This document shows positions 6,806-16,759 of a DNA stretch of 64,000 nt, one piece after another. Location of the stretch: positions 32,001 through 96,000 of IMG/VR virus record IMGVR_UViG_3300021602_000003. The stretch is one strand, 5' to 3'. How positions within the stretch are numbered: position 1 is the stretch's first letter; the number at the start of each line of letters is the position of its first letter. The notes below the pieces were generated by a model. The model saw only the letters and a list, made by a program, of their open reading frames with translations, ran no database searches and was not told the DNA's origin. A program made the translations under genes and the position numbers. Source of the DNA: a virus.

Positions 6806-7491
6806 TGTCCGGGAATTTTTGTATATATCACTATTTAAGAAACGATAATACTCCATATTATGTTGGCCGGGGTTCTTATACTCGCCCGTACGAGAAACAT
6901 AATGGTACAGCATCGACACCAAAAGATAAATCTAAAATTCTTATTATTGCAACTGATATAGATTTCTTAACATCTAAAGCGATGGAAATATTTTGGATTG
7001 CAATATATGGAAGAAAAGATAACGGTACAGGTATATTAAATAATAAAACAGATGGAGGCGAAGGCGCCACCGGATACAAGCACACAGCCGAACATAAGAA
7101 ATATATAAGCGAATTGCAGGCAGGCTGCAAAGCATCTGATAAGACAAGAAAGAAGATATCATTATCGAAAATAGGATCGAATAATCCTATGTATGGAAAA
7201 ACTAGTCCAATGAAAGATAAACATCATACTCCTGAAGTATGTAAAAGATTGAGTGAAATTAATATAGGGAAACTGCAATCTGATGCAGCAAAACAGAAAA
7301 ATAGCGATGCACATATCGGGAAGAAGAAATCTGTAGAAACTAGATTAAGAATGAGCAAACCAAAATCGGTTATAACACGGCAACGGATGAGCAAACCAAA
7401 AGAAACCACGATATGTCCTCATTGTAATAAGATAGGTGGAAAACCTGCAATGGAAAGATGGCATCTCGATAAGTGTAAGGATAAAAAATGA
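6805..7491 (+). CDS. GIY-YIG-like homing endonuclease with NUMOD3 repeats
   Basis: IYHYLR..TPYYVGRG, YGRKD.GTGIL.NKTDGGEG, C-terminal CPHC..RWH. Confidence 0.85.
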   Translation: MSGNFCIYHYLRNDNTPYYVGRGSYTRPYEKHNGTASTPKDKSKILIIATDIDFLTSKAMEIFWIAIYGRKDNGTGILNNKTDGGEGATGYKHTAEHKKYISELQAGCKASDKTRKKISLSKIGSNNPMYGKTSPMKDKHHTPEVCKRLSEINIGKLQSDAAKQKNSDAHIGKKKSVETRLRMSKPKSVITRQRMSKPKETTICPHCNKIGGKPAMERWHLDKCKDKK

Positions 7492-7730
7492 GAAGTTATT
7501 TAAGTCCCGCACAATTCTTTAGGAAGATGAAACATAAATCCGATGTTAAAGAGGTATTAGACAACATCGCAAATTATACAGATGCAGACATTGATGCATT
7601 AACTGGTTCTCATTTTCCGCAGTGGATTAAAGACGAATTAAAAGAGTTGACCAAACGCGGCGGCAAAACTGCTGATGATATGGCAGAGGAAATTGCAGCA
7701 AAAATGATAGCAGCAAGTCAAAATAAATAA
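7488..7730 (+). CDS. hypothetical protein
   Basis: ORF coupled to neighbours by overlapping start/stop. Confidence 0.65.
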   Translation: MRSYLSPAQFFRKMKHKSDVKEVLDNIANYTDADIDALTGSHFPQWIKDELKELTKRGGKTADDMAEEIAAKMIAASQNK

Positions 7731-7939
7731 TGGCATCATACTATAAAGAAGGTAGTAAACTTCAGTTCGAAGGATATAAAGGTGAGGTTGTTAAGATAAC
7801 GGAAACCTATCGAAAAAACGTATTGGTTATTAAGATAACTGAATATCCTAAGAGTAGAAATCATCGAGAGAATACATCATTATTAGGGTTATTTGAGTAC
7901 CCAGATGGTCGGTTAGAATTTATGTCATTTATAGATTAA
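7730..7939 (+). CDS. hypothetical protein
   Basis: TAATG coupling. Confidence 0.6.
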   Translation: MASYYKEGSKLQFEGYKGEVVKITETYRKNVLVIKITEYPKSRNHRENTSLLGLFEYPDGRLEFMSFID

Positions 7940-7983
7940 CCTGCAAGTTTTTAGGTAAGTAAATAACTTAACGGAGACACAAT

Positions 7984-8217
7984 ATGCAGGTAGAGATTTA
8001 CGGCGCGGATTCATGTACCTATTGCACACAAGCAGTTCAATTATGTGAAACAAATGACATACAATACAACTATATAAATGTTAGAGAAGGTTCAAATCTT
8101 CAAACTTTAGAAGATAGAATCGGTACAAAAGTACGAACTGTGCCACAAATTTTTATAGATGGGTCTTTTGTTCCGGGCGGATATACAGGATTTCGACAGG
8201 CGTTAAGTGAAACATAA
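7984..8217 (+). CDS. glutaredoxin
   Basis: CTYC, RTVPQIFIDG, GGY. Confidence 0.92.
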   Translation: MQVEIYGADSCTYCTQAVQLCETNDIQYNYINVREGSNLQTLEDRIGTKVRTVPQIFIDGSFVPGGYTGFRQALSET

Positions 8218-8218
8218 A

Positions 8219-8293
8219 ATCGCTATAGTTCAATGGATAGAATAGGAGTTTCCTAAACTTTAGATGTAGGTTCGATTCCTACTAGCGGTACCA
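8219..8293 (+). tRNA. tRNA-Arg(CCU)
   Basis: ATCGCTA/TAGCGGT-A-CCA; GGAGT-TT-CCT-AA-ACTTT. Confidence 0.92.
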
Positions 8294-8295
8294 AT

Positions 8296-8323
8296 AAAAA
8301 AGCCCACATAAAGTGGGCTTTTT
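8296..8323. terminator. bidirectional intrinsic terminator
   Basis: AAAAAGCCCAC-ATAAA-GTGGGCTTTTT between convergent units. Confidence 0.85.
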
Positions 8324-8339
8324 GTTGAGCTAAATTTTC

Positions 8340-9452
8340 TTATACAGAGAATGTAGCAGTTAATGTAGCCTGAACAGGTGCAACATCTGGTGCAGCGACT
8401 GATACAGACGGCGCAACAAAATAACCTGAACCAGTAACACCGACAACCGATGTAACTCTATGAGCAGTGAGCACAGCAGTAGCAGCGCCGGCCACAGCAG
8501 CAGGGGCAGGATCTACTGTCACTGTCACTAAACCGACAAAGCCCGTTCCAGCACCAGTAACAGTAATTGTACTAACAGCACCATTGACAAGTGTTGCCAC
8601 AGCAACCGCATTGCCATTTCCGCCGCCTAATGTTACAGCAGGTACAGAAGTATAGAAACCGCCGCCTAATGTAACAACTAAAGCGCCGAGTGTCACACCG
8701 CCGCCGCCATTATTTAATGGGGGTGTAGCTGTAGCAGTTACAGCAGCAGGAGGTGCTGCGATTGTTATAGCAGGAACAGCATTATAATAGCCGTTCAGAG
8801 CAGCATTATTAACTGTCAATCCTAATACTCCATTTATTACTGTACGAGCAAGTGTAGCAGTGACGGAAGCAGGAGGTGCAGTGAGTGAAACACCCGAATA
8901 GCCCATTCCTGCGGTATCAATAACCGACGTTGCTACGTGGCCATCCGCACCAGCGATTGTTGTATGTGCAGCGCCTCCACTTCCACCACCTGTAAGTGTC
9001 ACAGCCGGCGCAGTAAAATATCCAGAACCGGCAACGTTGACAGCAAGTGTCAATAGGGCACCGACAGAACCTGTACCTGTAATTAGGTCAGCTTCGCCTG
9101 GTGCAGCAGCAGGAATTGTAGACCAACTATAACTAACAATCGAACCGTCTGCCTCAAATAAATCTACACGATATTGGGCAATCTTTGAACATGGTAACGC
9201 GGATCCGCCGAATGGTGTAGCAAGAATAAAACATTCTCCTGGATTTAAATTGACTACATCCGAAGCATTAACCATAAAGCATGTTTCGCTCTTTGTTCCA
9301 TTGCTGACAATATAGGCGTTAGAGCCTGTTTGTTTAACAATGTAATCGCTTGTTGCTGTAGTTCCGTCGGCCCATTTAACGCCGCTGACTACAATTTGTG
9401 AACCTGGTGTTGTGGCTGGTCCGAACCATGACTTTTTGATGGGTTTTCCCAT
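8340..9452 (-). CDS. virion structural protein with Gly/Ala/Thr-rich beta repeats
   Basis: MGKPIKK start; repeated GSGY/GGFY..AP.V units. Confidence 0.7.
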   Translation of the reverse strand: MGKPIKKSWFGPATTPGSQIVVSGVKWADGTTATSDYIVKQTGSNAYIVSNGTKSETCFMVNASDVVNLNPGECFILATPFGGSALPCSKIAQYRVDLFEADGSIVSYSWSTIPAAAPGEADLITGTGSVGALLTLAVNVAGSGYFTAPAVTLTGGGSGGAAHTTIAGADGHVATSVIDTAGMGYSGVSLTAPPASVTATLARTVINGVLGLTVNNAALNGYYNAVPAITIAAPPAAVTATATPPLNNGGGGVTLGALVVTLGGGFYTSVPAVTLGGGNGNAVAVATLVNGAVSTITVTGAGTGFVGLVTVTVDPAPAAVAGAATAVLTAHRVTSVVGVTGSGYFVAPSVSVAAPDVAPVQATLTATFSV

Positions 9453-9536
9453 AATAACTCTCCTAAATAGTTTATGTATCTATTTACCTAATTTTGATAA
9501 ATATACAAGAATACACTCTTAATAGGTCACCGGAAT

Positions 9537-10361
9537 ATGAACTACGAATTACATTATGATAGATTAATAGCAAGAGCAAGGAACAGGCAGTTAAAAGATA
9601 CTTATATAGAAAAACATCATATTATACCCAGGTGCATAGGCGGCACCGACGATGATGATAATTTAGTGAAACTAACCGCAGAAGAGCACTTTGTTGCACA
9701 TCAATTATTAATAAAATTATACCCCGATGATCGAAAATTAATATCTGCGTTAACAAAGATGTGTTCATCGAGTAAGAAAAATATACGAAATAATAAGGTA
9801 TATGGGTGGATAAGGAAAAAATGGTCTGAATCTTTTAGCGGAGAAAATAATCCAAGTGCTAAATTAACTAACAGTCAAGCCATCGATATATATTATTCTG
9901 CTGAAGATCCGGATACTTTATGTGAAAAATATAATATAAACAGATATAATATAACTTCTATAAAAAGAAAAATACATTATTATGACGCGACTAAAGGAAT
10001 ATCAGATAAACCGGGATTTTATTTTGGTGGGAAGACAACTAGATTACCACTACCTATAGATTTTATAGAGAAGATCTTTTATGATACAGGAGATTATACT
10101 TATTTTTGGGACAAATACAGCGCAACGGAAAGAGTAGTAAAATCGATAAAAGATAAGAAATGTTTTAAAAAAATTACTTCTAAATTAGGTACCCCGGGCC
10201 AAGTTAAGAGATACGGAATGACAAGAACTATGATTGAAAATATATTTAATGCTAAAGGGACAAATAAAGAGATAGCAGAAAGGTTTAATATACATTATAA
10301 TACAGTTAGAAATATAAAAGGAAAAAATTCCCGAGCATGGCACATGTGGGAGGAATATTAA
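9537..10361 (+). CDS. HNH homing endonuclease with C-terminal HTH
   Basis: EKHHIIPRCIGG.D..DNLVKLTAEEHFVAH; GENNPSAKLT; EIAERFNIH. Confidence 0.88.
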   Translation: MNYELHYDRLIARARNRQLKDTYIEKHHIIPRCIGGTDDDDNLVKLTAEEHFVAHQLLIKLYPDDRKLISALTKMCSSSKKNIRNNKVYGWIRKKWSESFSGENNPSAKLTNSQAIDIYYSAEDPDTLCEKYNINRYNITSIKRKIHYYDATKGISDKPGFYFGGKTTRLPLPIDFIEKIFYDTGDYTYFWDKYSATERVVKSIKDKKCFKKITSKLGTPGQVKRYGMTRTMIENIFNAKGTNKEIAERFNIHYNTVRNIKGKNSRAWHMWEEY

Positions 10362-10365
10362 CCAC

Positions 10366-10394
10366 TTGACTCAAACCGCTATTTAGTGCATAAT
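10366..10394 (+). promoter_or_regulatory. sigma70-type promoter of rIIA
   Basis: TTGACT-N17-CATAAT. Confidence 0.7.
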
Positions 10395-10429
10395 AGCTAC
10401 ATTGTTTAATTTATAGAAAGAACAACACA

Positions 10430-12562
10430 ATGCAACTTAGCAACGATGTAAATGTAGTTACACTAACTAACGTGGGTACAGTCGGCGAATTTAGAATTCG
10501 TAATTCAGCAAAAGCTTTTTCTATTCTTAGTTCCGGATTATATTCGAATAAGATTAAAGCTATCATTCGAGAGCTATCGTGCAATGCGGTAGATAGTCAT
10601 GTTGCAGCAGGCAAAACGGAAGTGCCGTTTGAAGTGCATTTGCCTTCTATGTTAGAACCTTGGTTTTCCGTACAAGATTTTGGTCTCGGGTTGGACGGCG
10701 ATCAAGTAACTAATATCTATACAACTTATTTCGAATCTACAAAAACAGATTCCAATGATTACATTGGTGCGCTGGGGCTTGGTTCTAAATCCCCGTTCAG
10801 CTATACAGAAAACTTTACCGTTACTGCTATCAAAGACGGTATTAAACGAATCTATAGTGCATTTATTAACGATATGGGCGTTCCTAGTATTGCAGAGATG
10901 AATACTGAATCGACTGAAGCAGGTAACGGTGTTGAAGTAAAATTCAGTGTTGTCAATAGACAAGATTATGATAGCTTTAGATACGAATCGGCCAATGTAT
11001 TTAAGTGGTTTAAGAATAAACCTAAGGTAATTGGCGCTCGATTCGAACATACGACTCCGAAATATATCGAGTCAGATATTGTGCCTGGTGTCCATACAAT
11101 GGATATAGGATATAGTTATAATTCCACTGCTATTGCATTAATGGGCAATATTTGTTATCCGTTGAATATTTCGGAACCAGAAAAGCACTTCCCGGATACA
11201 GCACAATTATTGTCTTGCGGATTAGTTCTTGAATTTAACATTGGCGAACTTGATTTTGCAGCATCTCGTGAAGTATTGAGCTATGTTCCTATCACTATCG
11301 CAAGCATTAAGCGTAAATTAGACTTACTGAATGCTAATTTGGCCAAGCACCTTGCTTTAAAGGCAGATGCACTTACAAGTGAATGGGAACGTGCATTTTA
11401 TCTGAATGAACAGTCAGGTTCCAAACTTTATGGCAGCGCAGTAAAGAAATATGCGGAAGATACGAAGTTTCCATTATACGATAAAGATCAATATAATGGA
11501 AAGAAGACATTCACATTTCCTGTTTCCACATTACTTACTCGCGGCCTTACTATTTCTGCTCGCTATGTTAGTTCGAGTAGATCCGGTCATAAGATTGGTG
11601 ACGGTACTGATCATATAAATGGTGTATATGTAAAAACTTCGCAGATTCCTGTCGATAAAGATGTCATCATTGTTTTGAACGATCTGAAAACTGGTGCAAT
11701 GGCAAGAGCTCAGTATCATTATTCTAATCTGCCTGGCTCTTCGGTTAATGTATATTGCGTATCGCATTCGTCACCGGACTTAGCCGTACGTCAAGTCGAA
11801 TACAATAAGTTCATTAAAGAATTACATAATCCGCCGATTGTGGTAATGGCAAGCACACTTAATAAAAAAGAAACAGTTAAACGCGAAGCATTATCTAATC
11901 AGGGTATTATGATCTTGACTAAAAAAGCTACATATGATAGATACGGTGGTGCCGATTGTAAATATATCTGGGCACCGTATCGTGAAGAATTGGATGAGAA
12001 GACAACATATAATTATGTATGTTTGACCAATACAACTTCAACGAAACTCGACAGTACACCATTTAACATTAAGCATGTCAAAGATTTAATCGATACAGCA
12101 AAAATCGATAGTCTAACTAAGATTAATATTATTGGTGTGCAGAAAAGCCGTATCAAAGATATTAAGAACTTAAAGAACTGGAAATGGGTAGAAGATATTT
12201 TGCATACAGAAACAGCTAAAATATCAGATGCTACAGTTTCGTCGATGGTTGCATCGTCTGTACTTACTCAGTATGGTCATGAAATATATACCAATAAAAA
12301 TATTGCCAGTAAAGTATTACCAACATCCGATTATGCTATGTTTGTTAATAAATATGGTAATATAAAGAAACAAGAAGTTGGTTTAGATGCAATTGTTTCT
12401 TTATCGGGCACATACGGTAAGGCAATTAGTGTGGATCTGATTCGTCAGCAAATTGCCGACGAAAAGAAGAAGATTAAGAATAAGTATCCTTTGTTAGACC
12501 ATATTTCCAGTGCTGATGCAGGTCACGTAGCACATTACATTAACATGGTCGATAAAGGGTAA
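10430..12562 (+). CDS. rIIA: RIIA lysis inhibitor (GHKL ATPase fold)
   Basis: LYSNKIKAIIRELSCNAVDSH, DFGLGL, STKTDSND.IG.LGLGSKSPFSY. Confidence 0.92.
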   Translation: MQLSNDVNVVTLTNVGTVGEFRIRNSAKAFSILSSGLYSNKIKAIIRELSCNAVDSHVAAGKTEVPFEVHLPSMLEPWFSVQDFGLGLDGDQVTNIYTTYFESTKTDSNDYIGALGLGSKSPFSYTENFTVTAIKDGIKRIYSAFINDMGVPSIAEMNTESTEAGNGVEVKFSVVNRQDYDSFRYESANVFKWFKNKPKVIGARFEHTTPKYIESDIVPGVHTMDIGYSYNSTAIALMGNICYPLNISEPEKHFPDTAQLLSCGLVLEFNIGELDFAASREVLSYVPITIASIKRKLDLLNANLAKHLALKADALTSEWERAFYLNEQSGSKLYGSAVKKYAEDTKFPLYDKDQYNGKKTFTFPVSTLLTRGLTISARYVSSSRSGHKIGDGTDHINGVYVKTSQIPVDKDVIIVLNDLKTGAMARAQYHYSNLPGSSVNVYCVSHSSPDLAVRQVEYNKFIKELHNPPIVVMASTLNKKETVKREALSNQGIMILTKKATYDRYGGADCKYIWAPYREELDEKTTYNYVCLTNTTSTKLDSTPFNIKHVKDLIDTAKIDSLTKINIIGVQKSRIKDIKNLKNWKWVEDILHTETAKISDATVSSMVASSVLTQYGHEIYTNKNIASKVLPTSDYAMFVNKYGNIKKQEVGLDAIVSLSGTYGKAISVDLIRQQIADEKKKIKNKYPLLDHISSADAGHVAHYINMVDKG

Positions 12563-12576
12563 ATATACAACCATAT

Positions 12577-12605
12577 TTGACATTGTAGATTTTTCAGTAT
12601 ATAAT
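12577..12605 (+). promoter_or_regulatory. sigma70-type promoter of rIIB
   Basis: TTGACA-N17-TATAAT. Confidence 0.85.
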
Positions 12606-12630
12606 TTAACATTACACAGAAAGGCATTTT

Positions 12631-13692
12631 ATGAACTCAGCACCCGCTTATCTTTTGCAAGGTAAAAATATTATTTTGGTATTGGACGGTAAAAGTCATA
12701 CCATTAGTCGCGACACTCATATGAATTATGAGAAGATTGTCGAAGCATTGAAGGACTCAGATTGGGACGAATTGCGTGATTTAGTCGAACCTAAGAAGGC
12801 AATCATCAATTTTGGTCGCGGTTTTGTTACAGTAGAAGACGGCATTGTTATGTGGAAGGATGAACCATTCCATAATGCATTGTCTGTGCGTATGTTGGAA
12901 ATGTATCAGGAAGGTTTTCCTGTTGATCCTATGATTAATTTTATGGAAAACTTGATGGATAATCCATCTAAACGTTCTGTAGAACAAGTATATGGGTTCT
13001 TGGAAAAGAATAGTTTGCCTATCACGGAAGATGGCTATTTCCTTGCATTTAAGAAGGTGAACACTAATTATAAAGATCTTCACACAAGGACTATCGATAA
13101 CAGTATCGGACAAATTGTAGAAATGGAACGAAATTTGGTTGACGATAACCCTGATTCTTACTGTTCGTCAGGTCTACACTTCTGTAGCGAAAGCTATTTG
13201 GCCGGTTTCGGCTGCGCTGACGACCCCGTTATGATCTTGAAGATCAATCCAGCCGATGTTGTTAGTATTCCTACCGATTACGACGGTGCAAAAGGTCGTT
13301 GCTGCAGATACGAAGTTGTGGGCCAGGTCGGTGGCGATCCTAAGGAAGCATTCAATGAAGTAGTCAATCGCGAATACTCGCCCAAGACAAAGACGACATT
13401 AAATCCGCAATCTGCATGGCCGTTCACTACATCGCCGGATGTTCCTAGTGGCAGCTGGCCCTTCCCTAAAGACGATTGTTCGGACGATTGCGGAGGTTGT
13501 ACATGCGTACATGAGGACGGCGACTTCGAAGACGAAGATCAATTATATGACTTGGTCCGTGTATACGGCGGCTGGGTTGAATACACTGATATGACGTTGG
13601 AAGAAGCTACAGATCGCGTCGAGAAGAATAGTCAGCAAAAGAAGGCTATGTTGAAGATTGTTCTTGCCGGAACGGACGAAGAACTGGAGTAA
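12631..13692 (+). CDS. rIIB: RIIB protein
   Basis: NPSKRSVEQVYGFL, ITEDGYFLAFKKV, CSSGLH, INPADVVSIP.DY..KGRCCRYEV; follows rIIA. Confidence 0.92.
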   Translation: MNSAPAYLLQGKNIILVLDGKSHTISRDTHMNYEKIVEALKDSDWDELRDLVEPKKAIINFGRGFVTVEDGIVMWKDEPFHNALSVRMLEMYQEGFPVDPMINFMENLMDNPSKRSVEQVYGFLEKNSLPITEDGYFLAFKKVNTNYKDLHTRTIDNSIGQIVEMERNLVDDNPDSYCSSGLHFCSESYLAGFGCADDPVMILKINPADVVSIPTDYDGAKGRCCRYEVVGQVGGDPKEAFNEVVNREYSPKTKTTLNPQSAWPFTTSPDVPSGSWPFPKDDCSDDCGGCTCVHEDGDFEDEDQLYDLVRVYGGWVEYTDMTLEEATDRVEKNSQQKKAMLKIVLAGTDEELE

Positions 13693-13697
13693 ATCCA

Positions 13698-14063
13698 GTG
13701 AAGAAATTATGCCTCCGAGTAGGCATAATTACTGTGTTATTTTTGGTATGTATGTTGCCGGTGAGCAGTATAGCAAAAGCAAATGATATATTTCCAGAAA
13801 TAACACCTCCAGTAGAACAGGTAGATCTAATCAAAGAAGCGAAAATTGCAACGTGCATTGAAGAGTATATAAAGAAACAGTCTACTTCGTATACCAAAAT
13901 TGTACAGAACAATTTATATGATTTGATACATAATTTTAATAATGTAGTTTCTAAGATATACGGAAAGAAAAAGTTAATAGATGAAACACCGTACGAAGAT
14001 AAAATAGTAGCTCTTGCAGCATCGCAATGCGAGACGTATTATAATTTAGGTGTTTTAAAATGA
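13698..14063 (+). CDS. hypothetical exported/membrane protein
   Basis: Signal-peptide-like N-terminus (KK + hydrophobic + AKA). Confidence 0.6.
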   Translation: MKKLCLRVGIITVLFLVCMLPVSSIAKANDIFPEITPPVEQVDLIKEAKIATCIEEYIKKQSTSYTKIVQNNLYDLIHNFNNVVSKIYGKKKLIDETPYEDKIVALAASQCETYYNLGVLK

Positions 14064-14271
14064 GTGTGTGGCTATGTAGAGCCGGTTTGTGTACCTATGA
14101 TTGATTGATAGCGCCTATGTGTAAAGATACCGTGCATGGTATACATGCGTTTTATTTATTGATGGAGCGGCACTTTTTCCTACAAGAGAAATGTAACCGC
14201 GGAGGTTCCTTAATATAGGACGGGGAACTGGGGTTAGATGTAAAAGTTTAACAGGGGAATCCAGTACACAC
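14064..14271 (+). ncRNA. candidate structured ncRNA
   Basis: Non-coding, relatively GC-rich; TGTGTAC/GTACACA long-range stem, several internal hairpins, followed by terminator. Confidence 0.4.
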
Positions 14272-14300
14272 AGAATAGGGCTTAACGGCCCTATTCTTTT
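14272..14300 (+). terminator. intrinsic terminator
   Basis: AGAATAGGGC-TTAACG-GCCCTATTCT-TTT. Confidence 0.8.
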
Positions 14301-14314
14301 GATAAAAGGGAAAT

Positions 14315-15175
14315 ATGTTAAAAAGCATTGCATTTATAGGATACGGATTTGTAGGCAAAGCATGTCATAAGGCATTCGAGCATAATACGGAAGCGATTAT
14401 AATCGATCCGCGACATTCGACAACAGTAATAACAGATTTACGAATAAGTGACCCGCCGCTTGTTTTTGTTTCGATAAATGCCCCTACCTTAGATGATAGA
14501 TCGGTTGATGCATCGGTAATTTATAGCATATTCGAACAATTAGTAAATATAGAATATAAAGGTATTGTTGTATTAAAGAGTACATTACCTCCAACCATAG
14601 TTGACGATCTTTATATTAGATTTGGTAGAGATAAGGTAATGAATAAAGAGGGGCCTTTACGATATATCTATTCTCCCGAATTTATAAGAGAAAGAGATTG
14701 GGAAAAAGATGCTCTAACACCTTATCAGATAATTATGGCAGGAAGTTTTTTTGATTGCAAGCTCTTACAATCAATATATGAAAATCATTCTAATATTAAT
14801 TGTACGGATGTTATATTTAATATTGTTGATTATAGAGCAGCAGCATTAGCCAAATATGCTATAAATTCTTATCTTGCAAGCAAAGTCGTATTTATGAATC
14901 AACTTTATCAGTTGTATAAAGATACATACAATGACTACGATCATGTATCTGGCATGGATTGGTCTGAATTCATAGATCTGCTAGACACTGATTTAAGGAT
15001 CGGTCATTCTCATCTGGATGTGCCTGGACCGGATGGGCAATTCGGGTATGGAGGCACCTGCTTCCCTAAGGATGTTAAGGCGATGATTGGATTCGATAAA
15101 GAAAATAGATTAACTGTATTAAGAGAAACAGAATTAGTCAATACAGTAATTAGATTAACCGGTAGTAAAGAATGA
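14315..15175 (+). CDS. UDP-glucose/GDP-mannose dehydrogenase family protein (short form)
   Basis: IGYGFVG Rossmann motif, KSTLPP, SPEF.RE, KYAINSYLASKVVF.N, YGGTCFPKD. Confidence 0.88.
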   Translation: MLKSIAFIGYGFVGKACHKAFEHNTEAIIIDPRHSTTVITDLRISDPPLVFVSINAPTLDDRSVDASVIYSIFEQLVNIEYKGIVVLKSTLPPTIVDDLYIRFGRDKVMNKEGPLRYIYSPEFIRERDWEKDALTPYQIIMAGSFFDCKLLQSIYENHSNINCTDVIFNIVDYRAAALAKYAINSYLASKVVFMNQLYQLYKDTYNDYDHVSGMDWSEFIDLLDTDLRIGHSHLDVPGPDGQFGYGGTCFPKDVKAMIGFDKENRLTVLRETELVNTVIRLTGSKE

Positions 15176-15540
15176 AATATTTATTTTTAGATGATGAAAG
15201 AATGCCTGCAGATGTTAAGTGGCTGCTTATCGGCGGCGTTGGCTCACGGGGTGCAGATTGGCAAATTGTTAGGTCTTACGATGAAGCAATTAAATGGGTC
15301 CAAGATAACGGATTTCCAGACGTAATATCGTTTGACCATGATTTGGGATTGATGCATTATGCAAACGACTATTCCGACGGAAAGACGGGGTATGATTTTG
15401 CTAAATGGTTGGTGGAATATGACATGGATACAAATTCTATGCCCGTTAAATTCTCATTTACTGTGCATAGTAAGAACCCAACCGGGACGATAAATATAGA
15501 ATCAATATTAGATAATTATATAAGGTATAAAAGAAAATGA
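15172..15540 (+). CDS. cyclic-phosphate-processing receiver domain protein
   Basis: LFLDDER.P, ISFDHDLG, TGYDFAKWL, VHSKNPTG. Confidence 0.8.
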   Translation: MKYLFLDDERMPADVKWLLIGGVGSRGADWQIVRSYDEAIKWVQDNGFPDVISFDHDLGLMHYANDYSDGKTGYDFAKWLVEYDMDTNSMPVKFSFTVHSKNPTGTINIESILDNYIRYKRK

Positions 15541-15701
15541 GTGCTGGAATAATGAGATCTTGGCAAACTTCTAAATTAATAAAGTCTAAAACTCCTGTGG
15601 AATATTTTTTCGCAATACAGGAGTATATGCTGTACGAGTACAGTGTTGCTAAGTTTAACACAATGGAAAAATTTAAAGAATTTTTTGATAAATATAATTA
15701 A
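15537..15701 (+). CDS. small hypothetical protein (54 aa)
   Basis: ATGA overlap with upstream stop; open to TAA 15699-15701. Confidence 0.5.
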   Translation: MSAGIMRSWQTSKLIKSKTPVEYFFAIQEYMLYEYSVAKFNTMEKFKEFFDKYN

Positions 15702-15776
15702 CAACTACCTCTAGGACCGTTGTGGCTACTGCTAACGCAGGCGTCGATAAGGAACGATTCGCTACCGTTCCTTATC
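15701..15776 (+). ncRNA. candidate late-expressed structured RNA / leader
   Basis: After TGATAAATA (15686-94): ACAAC/GTTGT, CTGC-TAAC-GCAG and perfect 11-bp GATAAGGAACG/CGTTCCTTATC stems. Confidence 0.5.
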
Positions 15777-15798
15777 TTTATATTTGGGGTATACTATT

Positions 15799-16167
15799 AT
15801 GGGCGTATTAGGAAAAATTAGTGATCTTGCCAAAGGCAAAGTTCAGCTCTCGACACCGGCTAGATCATCACAATGGCCTACCGCTCGTGCCAATTATTTA
15901 AAAATAAATGGCAAGTGTGCTGTATGCGGTTCTACCAAAAAGTTAGAAGTACATCATAAACAGCCATTTCATGTTCATCCCGAATTAGAATTAGATCCAA
16001 CAAATTTTATTACATTATGTGAAACAGACGACAACGGCATTAATTGCCATTTATTGGTCGGCCATCTAGGTAATTTTAAGAGCGTAAATGTTAATGTAGA
16101 AGCAGACGCCGCATCCTGGAATCAAAAATTAGCAAATCGGCCAGCTGACGCCAACTTGGTAAAATGA
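15799..16167 (+). CDS. small HNH nuclease
   Basis: CAVCG..LEVHH..P..ELDPTNFITLC..CHLLVGH. Confidence 0.82.
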   Translation: MGVLGKISDLAKGKVQLSTPARSSQWPTARANYLKINGKCAVCGSTKKLEVHHKQPFHVHPELELDPTNFITLCETDDNGINCHLLVGHLGNFKSVNVNVEADAASWNQKLANRPADANLVK

Positions 16168-16168
16168 T

Positions 16169-16660
16169 ATGAGACTGTTTGAATTTTTTAATGGCATAAA
16201 TAAACCACCGGGGAATGATCGCGAACCCGGAGAGTCGATGGCCGAAGTCTTAGCCGACTTACTTTTACAAGTTTCAAATAATATACAGAGTTCGGCTGCA
16301 GAATATGATGACGATGAAGAATATAAACAACAGTTAGAAGAGAGGGCTATGTATTTGCTATCTTTATCTACTATATTTGATTTAGATGGAATGAATGCCG
16401 GATTAAATGCATTATATAACAAATATCTTTCTATTGCTGATTATGCAGAAGAAGTTGCAAGAGACCATATGAATATTAATCTACACGATATGTATAATAA
16501 TACATTATCGGAAGCAAAAACTGATAAGAAGAAAGTACCTGCCACCACACCCCGCAATTTTGTAGCGAAAGCAGTTACCAGAAAGACAGGTGGCGGCCCC
16601 CATTCTGAAAATAAATTCACACGTAAAGAAAAGCATAAAAAGCCTGAATCCGGCCAATAA
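16169..16660 (+). CDS. hypothetical protein, likely virion internal
   Basis: MRLFEFF leader; basic C-terminal PRNFVAK..GGGPH..RKEKHK. Confidence 0.65.
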   Translation: MRLFEFFNGINKPPGNDREPGESMAEVLADLLLQVSNNIQSSAAEYDDDEEYKQQLEERAMYLLSLSTIFDLDGMNAGLNALYNKYLSIADYAEEVARDHMNINLHDMYNNTLSEAKTDKKKVPATTPRNFVAKAVTRKTGGGPHSENKFTRKEKHKKPESGQ

Positions 16661-16759
16661 GATACCCGATCGTATAAATATCCTCTGAGCAGCTAACCAA
16701 GATTAGTTGCGATTATTTTTGGCTGATGCTAAAATAATCTTATATCATAAGGATAAGAA

